Positions 36,311 through 45,714 of a stretch of 64,000 nt of DNA are shown here, in pieces. Positions within the stretch are counted from its first letter, which is position 1; each line of letters begins with the position of its first letter. A program made the translations under genes and the position numbers. Origin of the DNA: Acidobacteriaceae bacterium (lineage in GTDB: Bacteria > Acidobacteriota > Terriglobia > Terriglobales > Acidobacteriaceae); NCBI GenBank assembly GCA_030041305.1, contig JASHOC010000174.1, positions 789-64,788 of the forward strand, in the 5' to 3' direction. The notes under the pieces are model-generated. The model saw only the letters and a program-made list of their open reading frames with translations. It did no database searches and was not told the origin of the DNA.

Positions 36311-38304
36311 CCTACGAGTCCCTTCTCGCTGTCAACGCTAGCCGGCTGAAGATGCCGGCGGCCCCAATCGGCGGCGGCAAGCGGAATTCGCAGCCTGAAT
36401 TCCGACCCGCGGCCTACTCTTGATTGTACTTCTACGCTTCCATGATGCAACTGCAAGATTCGATATGTCATGGACAGCCCGATTCCACTGCCCTCACTTT
36501 TGGTGGTGAAATACAGGTCGAAGATCTTCTCCCGGATCTCGTCCGGAATTCCGGGACCTTGGTCCACAATCCGGACCACGGCAGATCTCATTCCCGGCGG
36601 ACCCGCGGGCGCGAATCCATTGCCTCCGCTGGGCTGCCGCCGTTCCTCCTCGAGGGCCACTTCGAGCCGGCCGCCCTCGGGCATGGCTTGGGCTCCGTTC
36701 TGGATCACGTTGAGCACCGCCTGCTTGAGCAGGTCGGCGTCCACGTTGGCGGTCAGTGGTTCGGCGGGCATGCGGCTCACCAGCTCCACATTTCGGGTGA
36801 ACAGCTCATCGCGGGCCAGGGCCAGCACGTCGGCAATGACCGGGCGCAAATCCTGCTCGTGAAGCTGCAGCTCGACGGGGCGGGAGAAATCCACCAGCGT
36901 TTGCACCACGCGGTCCAGGCGATGAATCTCGGCATCGATCACCTCCAGGTGGCGCAACGCCGGTGATTCGGGATCGCGCAGCTTGGATTTCAGCAGCTCC
37001 AGATGGACCACAATGGCGTTGATGGGATTCTTCACCTCATGGCCCACGCCCGACGTGAGCCTGCCGATGGCCGCCATGCGTCGCGAAAGCTCCAGCTCCG
37101 ATTCAATCTCCGCCGCCGACTCGAGATCGTGCAAGGTGACCAGGGCGCCGAGCCCGCGCCGCTTTTCGATATCGTGGATCGACTCCACCGAAACCTGAAT
37201 CCGGCGGCCGGTTTCGGTGCGAATCTCTTCTTCAAACAGCGCGGCGCCGGATTCCAGCGCTTCCATCAGGGCGGCGCCCAGCACCGTGGAGCGGTCGAAG
37301 ATCTCTTCCGCCCGTCGGCCGAGGACATCTTCGCCTTGAATCTGCAGAAGCCGTCGCGCCGACTCCGAAACCAACACCGCCCGCCCCTCGGCGGTAAACA
37401 GAAGAATGCCGTCCTGCAGGTTGCCGAGAATCTGATCGAGGTTCTCCCGCAACGCGGAAAACACCTCTTCGACGTTGCGCATGCGCTGTCCGATCATTTC
37501 GATCTTGCTGGAAACCTGCTCCTCCATGTCCTGCTTTTGCGCTGCTTCTCTCTTTTCCGGAGCCTCGCCCTGCTCCTCGATCGCCAGTGCTTCCGGCTTA
37601 CTCGCGGCTTTGCTGGCCGCGGTCCAATAGTCGAGTTGCTGGCTGATCTTGGCCATCGGCCGGAGAGCTAGGTTGCCCAACAGGAAGGCGAACAGCAGCG
37701 CGGTGAGGAGGGCAAGGCCCATCAACGTAAACGCCTCAGCCAGCCACGGCGCATAAAAGGCGCGCAACAGTGTGGTGCGCACGCCCACGTTCACGGTGGC
37801 GAAGGGTTGCCCATTGCGATCGAGTGGAGCCACCACATCGTACACCTTGGGTTCGCCGAAGACTTCCCTCATCAACTGAATAGGGTTCGCCTTCAGCAAC
37901 TGATCGTAGTTGGGCCGCACCGGTAGAGGCTTATCTTCATTGTCGGCGTTGGTGCTCAGCAACGTGTTGGATTGGCTGTCGCCGATGTTGATGTCGTAGA
38001 CCGTGAGCGAGTAGCGGTCAGCCGAGTTCACCATGGCCTGCAACGTCTCATCGCTGCGGGCGGCCTCAGCCGCCAGAACGCGCAATTGATCGGGATGGTT
38101 GGGATCGAAGGTCTGGCCCTCCAGACCGTTCTCCAGCGCCTCCTGCAGCGCGTAGCGCACCTGTTCGGCGATCACTTTGTTCGTGTCGTAGGATTGTTGG
38201 ACGGCTGCGTGAAGCAGTTGGCTTACATAGACCAGCGAGAGAACTCCGGCGATGAGAAACACCAGCGCGGTAATCGCGAGGACGAGTTTGGTTTTCACGC
38301 GCAT
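36307..38304 (-). CDS. Sensor histidine kinase (2 TM, periplasmic domain, HAMP, PAS, HisKA, HATPase_c)
   Basis: H-box 'GVGHEVKNPINAI', N-box 'NVIQNGAQAM', G-boxes 'DQGPGIP' and 'GSGIGLS'. Confidence 0.85.
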   Translation of the reverse strand: MRVKTKLVLAITALVFLIAGVLSLVYVSQLLHAAVQQSYDTNKVIAEQVRYALQEALENGLEGQTFDPNHPDQLRVLAAEAARSDETLQAMVNSADRYSLTVYDINIGDSQSNTLLSTNADNEDKPLPVRPNYDQLLKANPIQLMREVFGEPKVYDVVAPLDRNGQPFATVNVGVRTTLLRAFYAPWLAEAFTLMGLALLTALLFAFLLGNLALRPMAKISQQLDYWTAASKAASKPEALAIEEQGEAPEKREAAQKQDMEEQVSSKIEMIGQRMRNVEEVFSALRENLDQILGNLQDGILLFTAEGRAVLVSESARRLLQIQGEDVLGRRAEEIFDRSTVLGAALMEALESGAALFEEEIRTETGRRIQVSVESIHDIEKRRGLGALVTLHDLESAAEIESELELSRRMAAIGRLTSGVGHEVKNPINAIVVHLELLKSKLRDPESPALRHLEVIDAEIHRLDRVVQTLVDFSRPVELQLHEQDLRPVIADVLALARDELFTRNVELVSRMPAEPLTANVDADLLKQAVLNVIQNGAQAMPEGGRLEVALEEERRQPSGGNGFAPAGPPGMRSAVVRIVDQGPGIPDEIREKIFDLYFTTKSEGSGIGLSMTYRILQLHHGSVEVQSRVGRGSEFRLRIPLAAADWGRRHLQPASVDSEKGLVG

Positions 38305-38545
38305 GGCGTCAATGCGGAGTCTCTCTCGAGTCAGCCGGGAATGAGAGGCATGGACTCGATTTTACGCATTTGCGGCGGTTTAGGAAATCATGTGGCCCGG
38401 AAAGCATGCTTTCATGCGGGTGGTGTGGCCCAAAACTGCCGGCGCCCGCCCAACGAACGTGCAAGAGCATGCGCAAGAAGCAACTACGAGGCCGACGAGA
38501 TCGGGCCCCGCGCGTTTCAAATCACCATTCGGTCTCCGAGGGCCC

Positions 38546-39952
38546 TCAAGCGGCTGGAGATTCCCGGGCGCCGCTGTACATTTTGAGTTTGTTGTGCAAG
38601 GTCTTGAGGCTCACGCCCAAGATCTCGGCCGCGCGCGTCTTGTTTTGCCCGGTGGCTTCAAGGGTGCGCAGAATGAGCAGGCGCTCCGCCTCGTCAACGG
38701 TCGCGCCCACGTGCACCGGGACCACGCCGGGGCCGGCATTTTGCTCCGCCGGCGGCTGCGCTTTGCCAAAGCCCGGAGGCAAATGCCCCACGTCCAGCGG
38801 CGTGCCATCCGGGCACAGAATCACCGCCCGCTCGATGCTGTTGCGTAGTTCGCGGGCGTTGCCCGGCCAGTTGTATTCCATCATCCGGTCCAGCATCGAG
38901 GGCGCGACGCCCGACACTCTGCGCCCGTGCTTCTGGTTCATCTCGTTCACCATGGCGTCGGCCATGGCGGGCAGGTCCTCCATATGCTCGCGCAGCGGCG
39001 GCATATTAATGTTGAAAACGTTGAGCCGGTAAAAGAGGTCGGGGCGCAGATGTCCCTGCGCAACGGCGAGGTTGGGATCGCGATTGGTGGCGGCGAGCAC
39101 CCGCACATCCACTTCCTGCTCGGTGCGCGCGCCCAGGCGGCGGAGCTTGCGCTCTTCGAGGACGCGAAGCAATTTGGCTTGGGTCCCGATCGGCATTTCG
39201 CCCACCTCATCGAGCAGCAGCGTCCCCCCCGAAGCGAGCTCGAAGCAGCCTGCCCGCCGCTCAGCCGCGCCGGTGAAGGCTCCTTTTTCGTGGCCGAAGA
39301 TTTCGCTCTCGATCAGCGTTTCGGGAATGGCGGCGCAATTGACGGCGACAAAGGGCCGTGACTTGCGCGGGCTCAGCTCGTGCAGTGTCCGCGCCACCAA
39401 CTCCTTGCCGGTGCCGCTTTCGCCGGTTATCAGCACCGGAACGCTGGAGGGCGCGATCTGTTCGATGAGCGCGAAGATTTCGCGCATGGCCCGCGAACCG
39501 CCTACCAGCGCGCCCAGGACGCCGGTCTCACGCAGCCGCCGCCGCGCCACCTCCAACTGGATCGCCGTCTCGCGTTGCCGGGTTGCGTTCGCCAGAATGG
39601 TGCGCAGCCGCGTGGAATCCACCGGCTTCTGCAGGAAGTCGTAGGCTCCCAATTTCATTGCGTCGACGGCCTGCTCGATCGACCCCATCGCGGTGAGAAC
39701 CACCACGGCCAGATTGCCGTCCAGGCCTGTCCCCCCTTCGGCGAGCCTGGACAACAGCCCCATGCCGTCCAACCGGGGCATCTTCAAGTCAGTCACGACG
39801 ATGGCCGGTTCCCAGGCAAGCGCCTTCTCCCACCCTTCGATGCCGTCTCGCGCCGTTTGGGTTCGATACCCCCAACCGGAGATCAACTCCGCAAGGCCCA
39901 TCAGGGCGTGGGGCTCGTCTTCGATGATCAGTACTTTTACTCCGTTTTCCAT
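38546..39952 (-). CDS. Sigma-54-dependent response regulator (NtrC family: REC-AAA+-Fis HTH)
   Basis: REC domain 'VLIIEDE...VVTDLKMP', Walker A 'ITGESGTGKELVA', the sigma-54 contact loop 'GHEKGAFTGA', and the C-terminal HTH 'NKTRAAEILGVSLKTLHNKLK'. Confidence 0.9.
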   Translation of the reverse strand: MENGVKVLIIEDEPHALMGLAELISGWGYRTQTARDGIEGWEKALAWEPAIVVTDLKMPRLDGMGLLSRLAEGGTGLDGNLAVVVLTAMGSIEQAVDAMKLGAYDFLQKPVDSTRLRTILANATRQRETAIQLEVARRRLRETGVLGALVGGSRAMREIFALIEQIAPSSVPVLITGESGTGKELVARTLHELSPRKSRPFVAVNCAAIPETLIESEIFGHEKGAFTGAAERRAGCFELASGGTLLLDEVGEMPIGTQAKLLRVLEERKLRRLGARTEQEVDVRVLAATNRDPNLAVAQGHLRPDLFYRLNVFNINMPPLREHMEDLPAMADAMVNEMNQKHGRRVSGVAPSMLDRMMEYNWPGNARELRNSIERAVILCPDGTPLDVGHLPPGFGKAQPPAEQNAGPGVVPVHVGATVDEAERLLILRTLEATGQNKTRAAEILGVSLKTLHNKLKMYSGARESPAA

Positions 39953-40461
39953 ACAGACTTTTCCGAAAACAGGGGATTAGAGTTGTTCCGTAGATTCAAT
40001 TCTCTACGATGCGCCCAACCTCGGCCAACCCTTCAGGTGACTTTCCAAAAAATGTTGGTCTCAAGAGGCGCCCGGGATCGGCGTGCCTGCAGGCGGAGCC
40101 AGCCGTCAACGGATATTGCGCTTCAGTCCCTTATCCTTAGCCCGAGCCGGTATTTTTTGAAACACACTCTAAGTTTAAGCCCGGCGGACCCGATGGGCAG
40201 TCATGATCTTTTCCCAGGATAAACGGTGTGCCGGGGGTGCGCCCGCTGAATTTGGAGGTGTGGCTGAGTAAGCAGAGATGCGGACGGATTCGGTCGCTGC
40301 GGGATGGACGCCCGACCGGCAAACGTCATCTGCGCACTTTCATCGCCCGAAGCTGAAACAGTAGGTCGCAGAAAAATTCCTCCTTTCCGGGAGCGGGGTG
40401 AGCCGCGTGCGAGGGCCTATACTTTGGTGTTGTCCGAATCCCATTGTAAGGGAGTGGTTGT

Positions 40462-41832
40462 ATGTCGTCCTCGGCGGTCAGCTACGCGGGCCAGAATCAC
40501 CCCAGGTTTCTGAATGAACTCAAATCGCTGCTACGCATTGCGTCCGTCTCCACGTTGCCCGAGCACAAAGCCGACTGCCGACGGGCCGCCGAGATGCTGG
40601 CGACAGAGTTAAGCCACATCGGCATGGAGAACGCGCACCTCATTGAGACTACGGGCCATCCCCTGGTTTATGCCGACTGGCTACACGCCCCAGGCAAGCC
40701 CACGGCGCTGGTGTATGGCCACTATGACGTGCAGCCGCCCGACCCTCTCGACGAGTGGCTTTCGCCGCCCTTCGAGCCGGCGGAGCGCGACGGCAATCTC
40801 TACGCTCGCGGCGCGGTGGACGACAAGGGTCAGGTCTGGGCGCAGGTCAAGGCGCTCGAGTCGCTGCTGGCCGCCCAGGGATCGCTGCCGTTGAATATAC
40901 GGATCCTGTTCGAAGGCGAAGAGGAGGTCGGAGGGGAAGGAATTGCCGCCTTTGTGGCTTCCAAGTCGCCCGACTTGAAGGCGGATTTCGCCCTGGTCTC
41001 CGACACCGAGCTGTTTGCGCCCGGCCTGCCCACCCTTTGCGTGGGCCTGCGCGGCATGATCTACACCGAAATTGAAGTGCGCGGCGCCCGGACCGACCTG
41101 CACTCCGGGCAATACGGCGGGGCGGCGCCCAATCCCTTCGTCGCGCTGGCGCAGATTCTGGCCAAGCTCAAAGACGAAGACGGCCGCATTCTCATCCCGG
41201 GCTTCTACGACGGCATTGTTCCGCCCAGTCCTGAGGAACTATCTGCCTGGCGCGACCTGCCGTTTGACGAAGAAGAGTACCGCATGGCCGAAGTAGGCTC
41301 GCGGGAGCTGGTCGGCGAGCCAGGTTACAGCGTCCTGGAGCGCACCTGGGCCCGCCCCACACTCGATATTCACGGCATGCCGGGCGGCTTTACGGGCGCC
41401 GGAGCCAAAACCGTCATTCCCGCCAAAGCGCTCGCCAAAGTATCCATGCGCCTGGTTCCGGGCATGACTCCGGCGAAGAGCTTCGCTCTCTATAAGAGCT
41501 ACGTGGAAAAAATTGCTCCCCCCGGCGTGGATGTCGCTGTCCGACTGATTCATTCGGGCGATGCGTGTCTGGTTCCTGTCGATAATCCCTATATCCAGGC
41601 CGCCACGCGGGCTCTGCGCAAAGTCTGGGGCCGCGACACCGTTTTCATTCGCGCCGGCGGCTCCATTCCCATCGTCGGCGACTTCGCCCGCCATCTCGGC
41701 CTGCCCACCGTCATGATGGGCTTTGGCCTTCCCGACGACAATCTCCACGCACCCAACGAGAAGTTCAATCTCCAGAACTTCGCGCTGGGCATCCAGTCGC
41801 TGATCCGCTTTTTGGAGGAGGCCGGACGCTGA
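40462..41832 (+). CDS. M20-family dipeptidase/metallohydrolase
   Basis: 456 aa. 'VYGHYDVQP', 'RGAVDDKGQ' and 'FEGEEEVGG' are the M20 metal-ligand motifs. Confidence 0.85.
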   Translation: MSSSAVSYAGQNHPRFLNELKSLLRIASVSTLPEHKADCRRAAEMLATELSHIGMENAHLIETTGHPLVYADWLHAPGKPTALVYGHYDVQPPDPLDEWLSPPFEPAERDGNLYARGAVDDKGQVWAQVKALESLLAAQGSLPLNIRILFEGEEEVGGEGIAAFVASKSPDLKADFALVSDTELFAPGLPTLCVGLRGMIYTEIEVRGARTDLHSGQYGGAAPNPFVALAQILAKLKDEDGRILIPGFYDGIVPPSPEELSAWRDLPFDEEEYRMAEVGSRELVGEPGYSVLERTWARPTLDIHGMPGGFTGAGAKTVIPAKALAKVSMRLVPGMTPAKSFALYKSYVEKIAPPGVDVAVRLIHSGDACLVPVDNPYIQAATRALRKVWGRDTVFIRAGGSIPIVGDFARHLGLPTVMMGFGLPDDNLHAPNEKFNLQNFALGIQSLIRFLEEAGR

Positions 41833-41948
41833 TCGGATCATGCGCGGATGGGTTCAACCCATCGATTCGGCAGCGCCGGCCGGAGAGCGTTTGCCCGGTC
41901 TTTTCGCCCAATGGCCGCGATGCGTGGAAAACCCCGGAATGGTCGAAG

Positions 41949-42635
41949 ATGCGCTCTCATTCCCATCCGGACGTGGCCGGATTCGTTCTCGCCGGCGGCC
42001 AATCGACCCGCATGGGCCGTGACAAGGCCTTGCTTCCTTTGGCGGGCCGGCCGTTGATCCTGCACGCAATGTCCATATTGCGCGACGCCGGCTTGGAACC
42101 CGCGATCGCGGGCGCGAGCGCGCCGGTCGCGGAATTTGGCCCGGTGGTTGCCGATTCCCGCCCCGGCGAAGGCCCGCTTGGAGGCATCTGCGCCGCCCTG
42201 GCCTCTACTTCCGCTGGTTACGCCGTCTTTCTGCCCGTCGATCTTCCCTTGCTGCCCGCTCCGCTGATTGCGTATCTTGTCCATCTCGCCAGCGTCGCCG
42301 CCCACGCGGTCACCATTCCATCCATCGGCGGAGTGGCCCAGACCTTTCCGGCCGTGCTGGAGCGCGGCGTTCTGCCCGCGCTCCATTCCGAACTCGACGC
42401 CGGCCGTCGCGGGTGCCTTTTGGGGTTTCAGGCGGCCGCAGCCTCGTTCCGTCAGTCGGTCAGCCGGACACCCGTCGAACTCCTCATCCAGGCCGGGCAA
42501 CTTGCCGATCCGCGTAATCTGCCGGCGATGTGGTGGTTTCTCAACGTGAACACGCCCCAGGAGCTCGAGCGCGCCGAAAGCTCTCTCAACTCCCGTAGCC
42601 TTGGCGCAAGCGGGACGGCGGGTCGCGTAATCTGA
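41949..42635 (+). CDS. mobA: Molybdenum cofactor guanylyltransferase
   Basis: 'GFVLAGGQSTRMGRDKALLPLAGRPLI' and 'PVDLPLL' are MobA motifs. Confidence 0.8.
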   Translation: MRSHSHPDVAGFVLAGGQSTRMGRDKALLPLAGRPLILHAMSILRDAGLEPAIAGASAPVAEFGPVVADSRPGEGPLGGICAALASTSAGYAVFLPVDLPLLPAPLIAYLVHLASVAAHAVTIPSIGGVAQTFPAVLERGVLPALHSELDAGRRGCLLGFQAAAASFRQSVSRTPVELLIQAGQLADPRNLPAMWWFLNVNTPQELERAESSLNSRSLGASGTAGRVI

Positions 42636-42645
42636 ACTCAGCGCC

Positions 42646-43515
42646 ATGTCCGATCCATCTTCCCAACCTGAGCCTTTGGAGCCGCTTGCGGACGAACTCG
42701 AAGAACTGGACCCGACTCCTGACGACGCGGAAGAGACGGCGGCAGCGCCCACCGAAACGCCTCCGGGACCGATCATCGTTTTCAACCACGTCAACATCGG
42801 TTTCAATGACCGGCCGGTGCTCGAAGACGTGAGCTTCACCGTGGATCGCGGCCAGACCCTCTGCATCCTGGGACGCAGCGGCGTGGGGAAATCGGTGTCG
42901 CTGCGTCTTCTCATGGGATTTCTCAAGCCCGATTCCGGCTCCATTCTTGTGGAAGGCCGCGAGATCACGGATCTGGACGAAGAGGGCATGCGCGCCGTCA
43001 GGAAACGCATCACCATGGTCTTTCAAAATGGCGCGCTCTTCGATTCATTGAGCGTGCGCGAGAACGTCGCCTTCCCCCTGCGAGAACGCGGGGGGCTGGC
43101 CGACGATCAGGTGGATCAGATTGTGAACCGGCTCATCGGCTTGGTGGGCGCCGAGGACGTTACGGAAAACCTGCCCGCCAGCCTCTCGACGGGACGCAAG
43201 CGGGCGGTCGCAATCGCCCGCGCTCTTGCCGCCCAGCCGGAGGTGGTGCTCTATGACGAGCCCACCACCATGGTTGACCCGCTCATCGCGCGCCGCCTCG
43301 GGAACCTCATCCAGCGCCTCAAGCGCCAGCTTGGTTTCACCAGCATTGTCGTCACGCATGACGTGCGTTTCGCCGAAAGTTTGGCCGACACCGTGCTCTT
43401 TCTGGACCAATGCCGGGCGCGTTACTTCGGCCCGCTTGCTGGTTTCGTGACTTCCGCCGATCCGGATATTCAGGAATTTCTGGCCCTGGACGCCTACATA
43501 TTGCCCCTGGAGTGA
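42646..43515 (+). CDS. ABC transporter ATP-binding protein (MlaF/TtgA-like) with acidic N-terminal extension
   Basis: Walker A 'GRSGVGKS', Q-loop 'MVFQNGALFDS', signature 'LSTGRKRAVAIARAL' and Walker B 'VVLYDEPT'. The first ~45 aa are Asp/Glu/Pro-rich. Confidence 0.85.
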   Translation: MSDPSSQPEPLEPLADELEELDPTPDDAEETAAAPTETPPGPIIVFNHVNIGFNDRPVLEDVSFTVDRGQTLCILGRSGVGKSVSLRLLMGFLKPDSGSILVEGREITDLDEEGMRAVRKRITMVFQNGALFDSLSVRENVAFPLRERGGLADDQVDQIVNRLIGLVGAEDVTENLPASLSTGRKRAVAIARALAAQPEVVLYDEPTTMVDPLIARRLGNLIQRLKRQLGFTSIVVTHDVRFAESLADTVLFLDQCRARYFGPLAGFVTSADPDIQEFLALDAYILPLE

Positions 43516-43713
43516 TTGGCCTCAAGTAACCCCACCGGTTTGCATTTTTCTCTTGCCATCCACCACCCCGCCAGTGGATGCTTGGGGGATCAGAATCTCA
43601 AGCGCCTGGTGACGGACATGTGGGGCGGGCTGGCCCGGAACAGCGCCACCGACTACATCGGCGAGTTTCCCGCGATTCCCCTGCACTGCGGACGGGTTCC
43701 GGAGGTGGGTCTG

Positions 43714-44301
43714 GTGTGCAAGCGGGTGTTTGACATGGTGTTCTCGGCCTCGGTGCTGGTGCTGCTGTCGCCGGTGCTGGCGGTGATCGCCGCGGCCATC
43801 AAGCTGGATTCGCCGGGACCGGTGTTCTACTCCTCGGAGCGGATTGGCAAGAAGGGGCGGGTATTCCGCTGCACCAAGTTCCGCACCATGGTGGCGGACG
43901 CGGAGCGGCGGCGGGCCGAAATCATGCACATGAACGAGCGCGACGGGGTGCTGTTCAAGGTCACCAGGGATCCGCGAGTGACGCGGCCGGGAAGATGGTT
44001 GCGCCGGTATTCGCTGGATGAACTGCCCCAGTTCTGGAACGTGCTTAAGGGGGAGATGAGCGTGGTGGGGCCGCGGCCGCCTTTGGTCAGCGAGGTGAAG
44101 GAATACAAGCTGAGCCACCTGCGGCGGCTGGACGTGACCCCGGGAATCACCGGGCTGTGGCAGGTGCAAGGCCGCCAGGACCCCTCGTTCGCCAGTTACG
44201 TGTCGCTGGACGTGGCCTACATCGACAACTGGAGCGTGTGGCTGGACTTCAAAATCATCCTGCGCACCATCGCCGTGGTCCTGGCCGGCACCGGCGCGTA
44301 G
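43714..44301 (+). CDS. Small polyprenyl-phosphate glycosyl-1-phosphate transferase (Bac_transf / PglC-WbaP C-terminal type)
   Basis: 'KRVFDMVFSASVLVLLSPVLAVIAAAIKLDSPGPVFY', 'KFRTM', 'DELPQFWNVLKGEMSVVGPRP' and 'PGITGLWQVQGR'. I prefer the GTG 43714 start (GGAGG 8 nt upstream); the ORF-track start 43516 or ATG 43618 are also possible. Confidence 0.8.
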   Translation: MCKRVFDMVFSASVLVLLSPVLAVIAAAIKLDSPGPVFYSSERIGKKGRVFRCTKFRTMVADAERRRAEIMHMNERDGVLFKVTRDPRVTRPGRWLRRYSLDELPQFWNVLKGEMSVVGPRPPLVSEVKEYKLSHLRRLDVTPGITGLWQVQGRQDPSFASYVSLDVAYIDNWSVWLDFKIILRTIAVVLAGTGA

Positions 44302-44382
44302 GGCGCGAGCATGCGCGATTAAAAGACTCTGTCAGGCTGGCCTGAGCTGCCGCGACTGATTCCCGCTTTCGCAGAATACAAG

Positions 44383-45654
44383 TTAGGCAAACTGTTCCAG
44401 GCTGAAGCCAAGCTCGTACGTCTCGCCGTTGTGGAGAAGTTCATCCCACGTGACTTCGGCTTGGCGATAGCCGGCCATCCTGCCGAGCATGCAGCTCAAA
44501 GCGGTTTCGACGCCTTGAGCGATCTGATTGTGTGCAGGGCCGGAGACAATGCTGTCGATGAAGGCTCGCTCCTTTTCGGAATCGGCGAGAGCGAGGTTAT
44601 CGAGAAAGCTGCCATTGGCGGCGAATTGGCCGGAGCCGGGCGCAACGGCTGCGGAATCCTTCCATTCCCAGGGATTGGAGCCGGCGATTTGCACCGGGCC
44701 GGAATAAGGCGCGGTGGCCGAGCCCTCGGCGCCGAACAGCTTGAGGCCGGCGTCGAAAACATTGACGGTGCCGAACTGCGTGGACGCGAAGGAAAAGTGG
44801 ACGCCGCCGGGATAGGTGAAATCGACCTGATAATTATCCCAGCAGTCTCCGTAATGGCGCAGAATGTTGCGTCCGCCGGTCGCGGTGGCCTTGAGCGGAG
44901 CGGCGCCGAGCATCCAGTTGCACAGATCGATGATGTGGATGTTCTGCTCGACGAGAATGTCGCCGGAGAGGACCCGATCCCACAGCCAATTGCGCAGGCG
45001 GTATTCGTCGGGCGCGGCGCCGGGGCAGAGCCTCTCAGTGGAGGCTGGAGCGTTATAGTTGCCGGTGACGACGGCGACCTGGCCTAACGCGCCGCCTTGA
45101 ATCTTTTGCGCAACGGCGGCAATGGGCGGAGCGCTGCGGCACTGGAAACCCACATCGACGCTTTGCCCAGGCTTGACGCGCTTGGCGATTTCGAGCGCCC
45201 GCTGCGCCTGGGACCCATCGACCCCAACCGGCTTCTCGCAATACACGTGCTTGCCCGCGGCCACTGCGGCCTGGAGGTGCTGCACGTGGAAATACGGCGG
45301 AGTGGAGATCTGGACGAGGTCGACCTGAGCCGCCTGGGCGAGCTGCTCGAAGGCGCGCGGTCCACGGAAGAGAAGCTTGGGATCGATGGCCGCGCGGCCC
45401 AGCCCGGCATTGAGCTGATTAAAACGCGCCTCGCCCGCGGCAAGCTGGTCGGCAAAGAGATCGGCGAGCGCGACCAGCTGCGCGGAGGTGTGTTGGGAGA
45501 ACGAAGTAGCCACGGCCGTGCCGCGGTTGCCGCAACCAATCAAGCCCAGGCCGACGGCGGAATTCGCCGGATAGCCAAACACCGTTTTGGCGCTGAGGAG
45601 AAGCATGCCGGAAGTAGCGAGCGATCCGGCCTCAAGAAACTGACGACGGTCCAT
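44383..45654 (-). CDS. Tat-exported Gfo/Idh/MocA-family oxidoreductase
   Basis: Twin-arginine signal 'MDRRQFLEAGSLATSGMLLLSAKTVFG' and Rossmann motif 'GLGLIGCGNRG'. Its start abuts the stop of the upstream TIM-barrel gene. Confidence 0.85.
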   Translation of the reverse strand: MDRRQFLEAGSLATSGMLLLSAKTVFGYPANSAVGLGLIGCGNRGTAVATSFSQHTSAQLVALADLFADQLAAGEARFNQLNAGLGRAAIDPKLLFRGPRAFEQLAQAAQVDLVQISTPPYFHVQHLQAAVAAGKHVYCEKPVGVDGSQAQRALEIAKRVKPGQSVDVGFQCRSAPPIAAVAQKIQGGALGQVAVVTGNYNAPASTERLCPGAAPDEYRLRNWLWDRVLSGDILVEQNIHIIDLCNWMLGAAPLKATATGGRNILRHYGDCWDNYQVDFTYPGGVHFSFASTQFGTVNVFDAGLKLFGAEGSATAPYSGPVQIAGSNPWEWKDSAAVAPGSGQFAANGSFLDNLALADSEKERAFIDSIVSGPAHNQIAQGVETALSCMLGRMAGYRQAEVTWDELLHNGETYELGFSLEQFA

Positions 45655-45714
45655 GATGCTTATGTTCCTTTGACAAAATTCGATGGACGAAACTTTGGTG
45701 CGGCCGTGCGGCAT

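Noticed and set aside
38305-38545. Search for sigma-54 (-24 TGGCAC / -12 TTGC) promoters near the NtrC-type regulator and in other intergenic regions
   Set aside because: The only partial match (TGGCCCGGAAAGCATGC, about 38392-38408) has wrong GG-GC spacing (2 nt short), so no site is claimed.
40241-40310. Sequence resembling the 5' part of a class-II tRNA ('GGAGGTGTGGCTGAGTAAGCAGAG...')
   Set aside because: No T-arm (GTTCGAATC-like) or matching 3' acceptor strand follows, so it is probably a chance resemblance.
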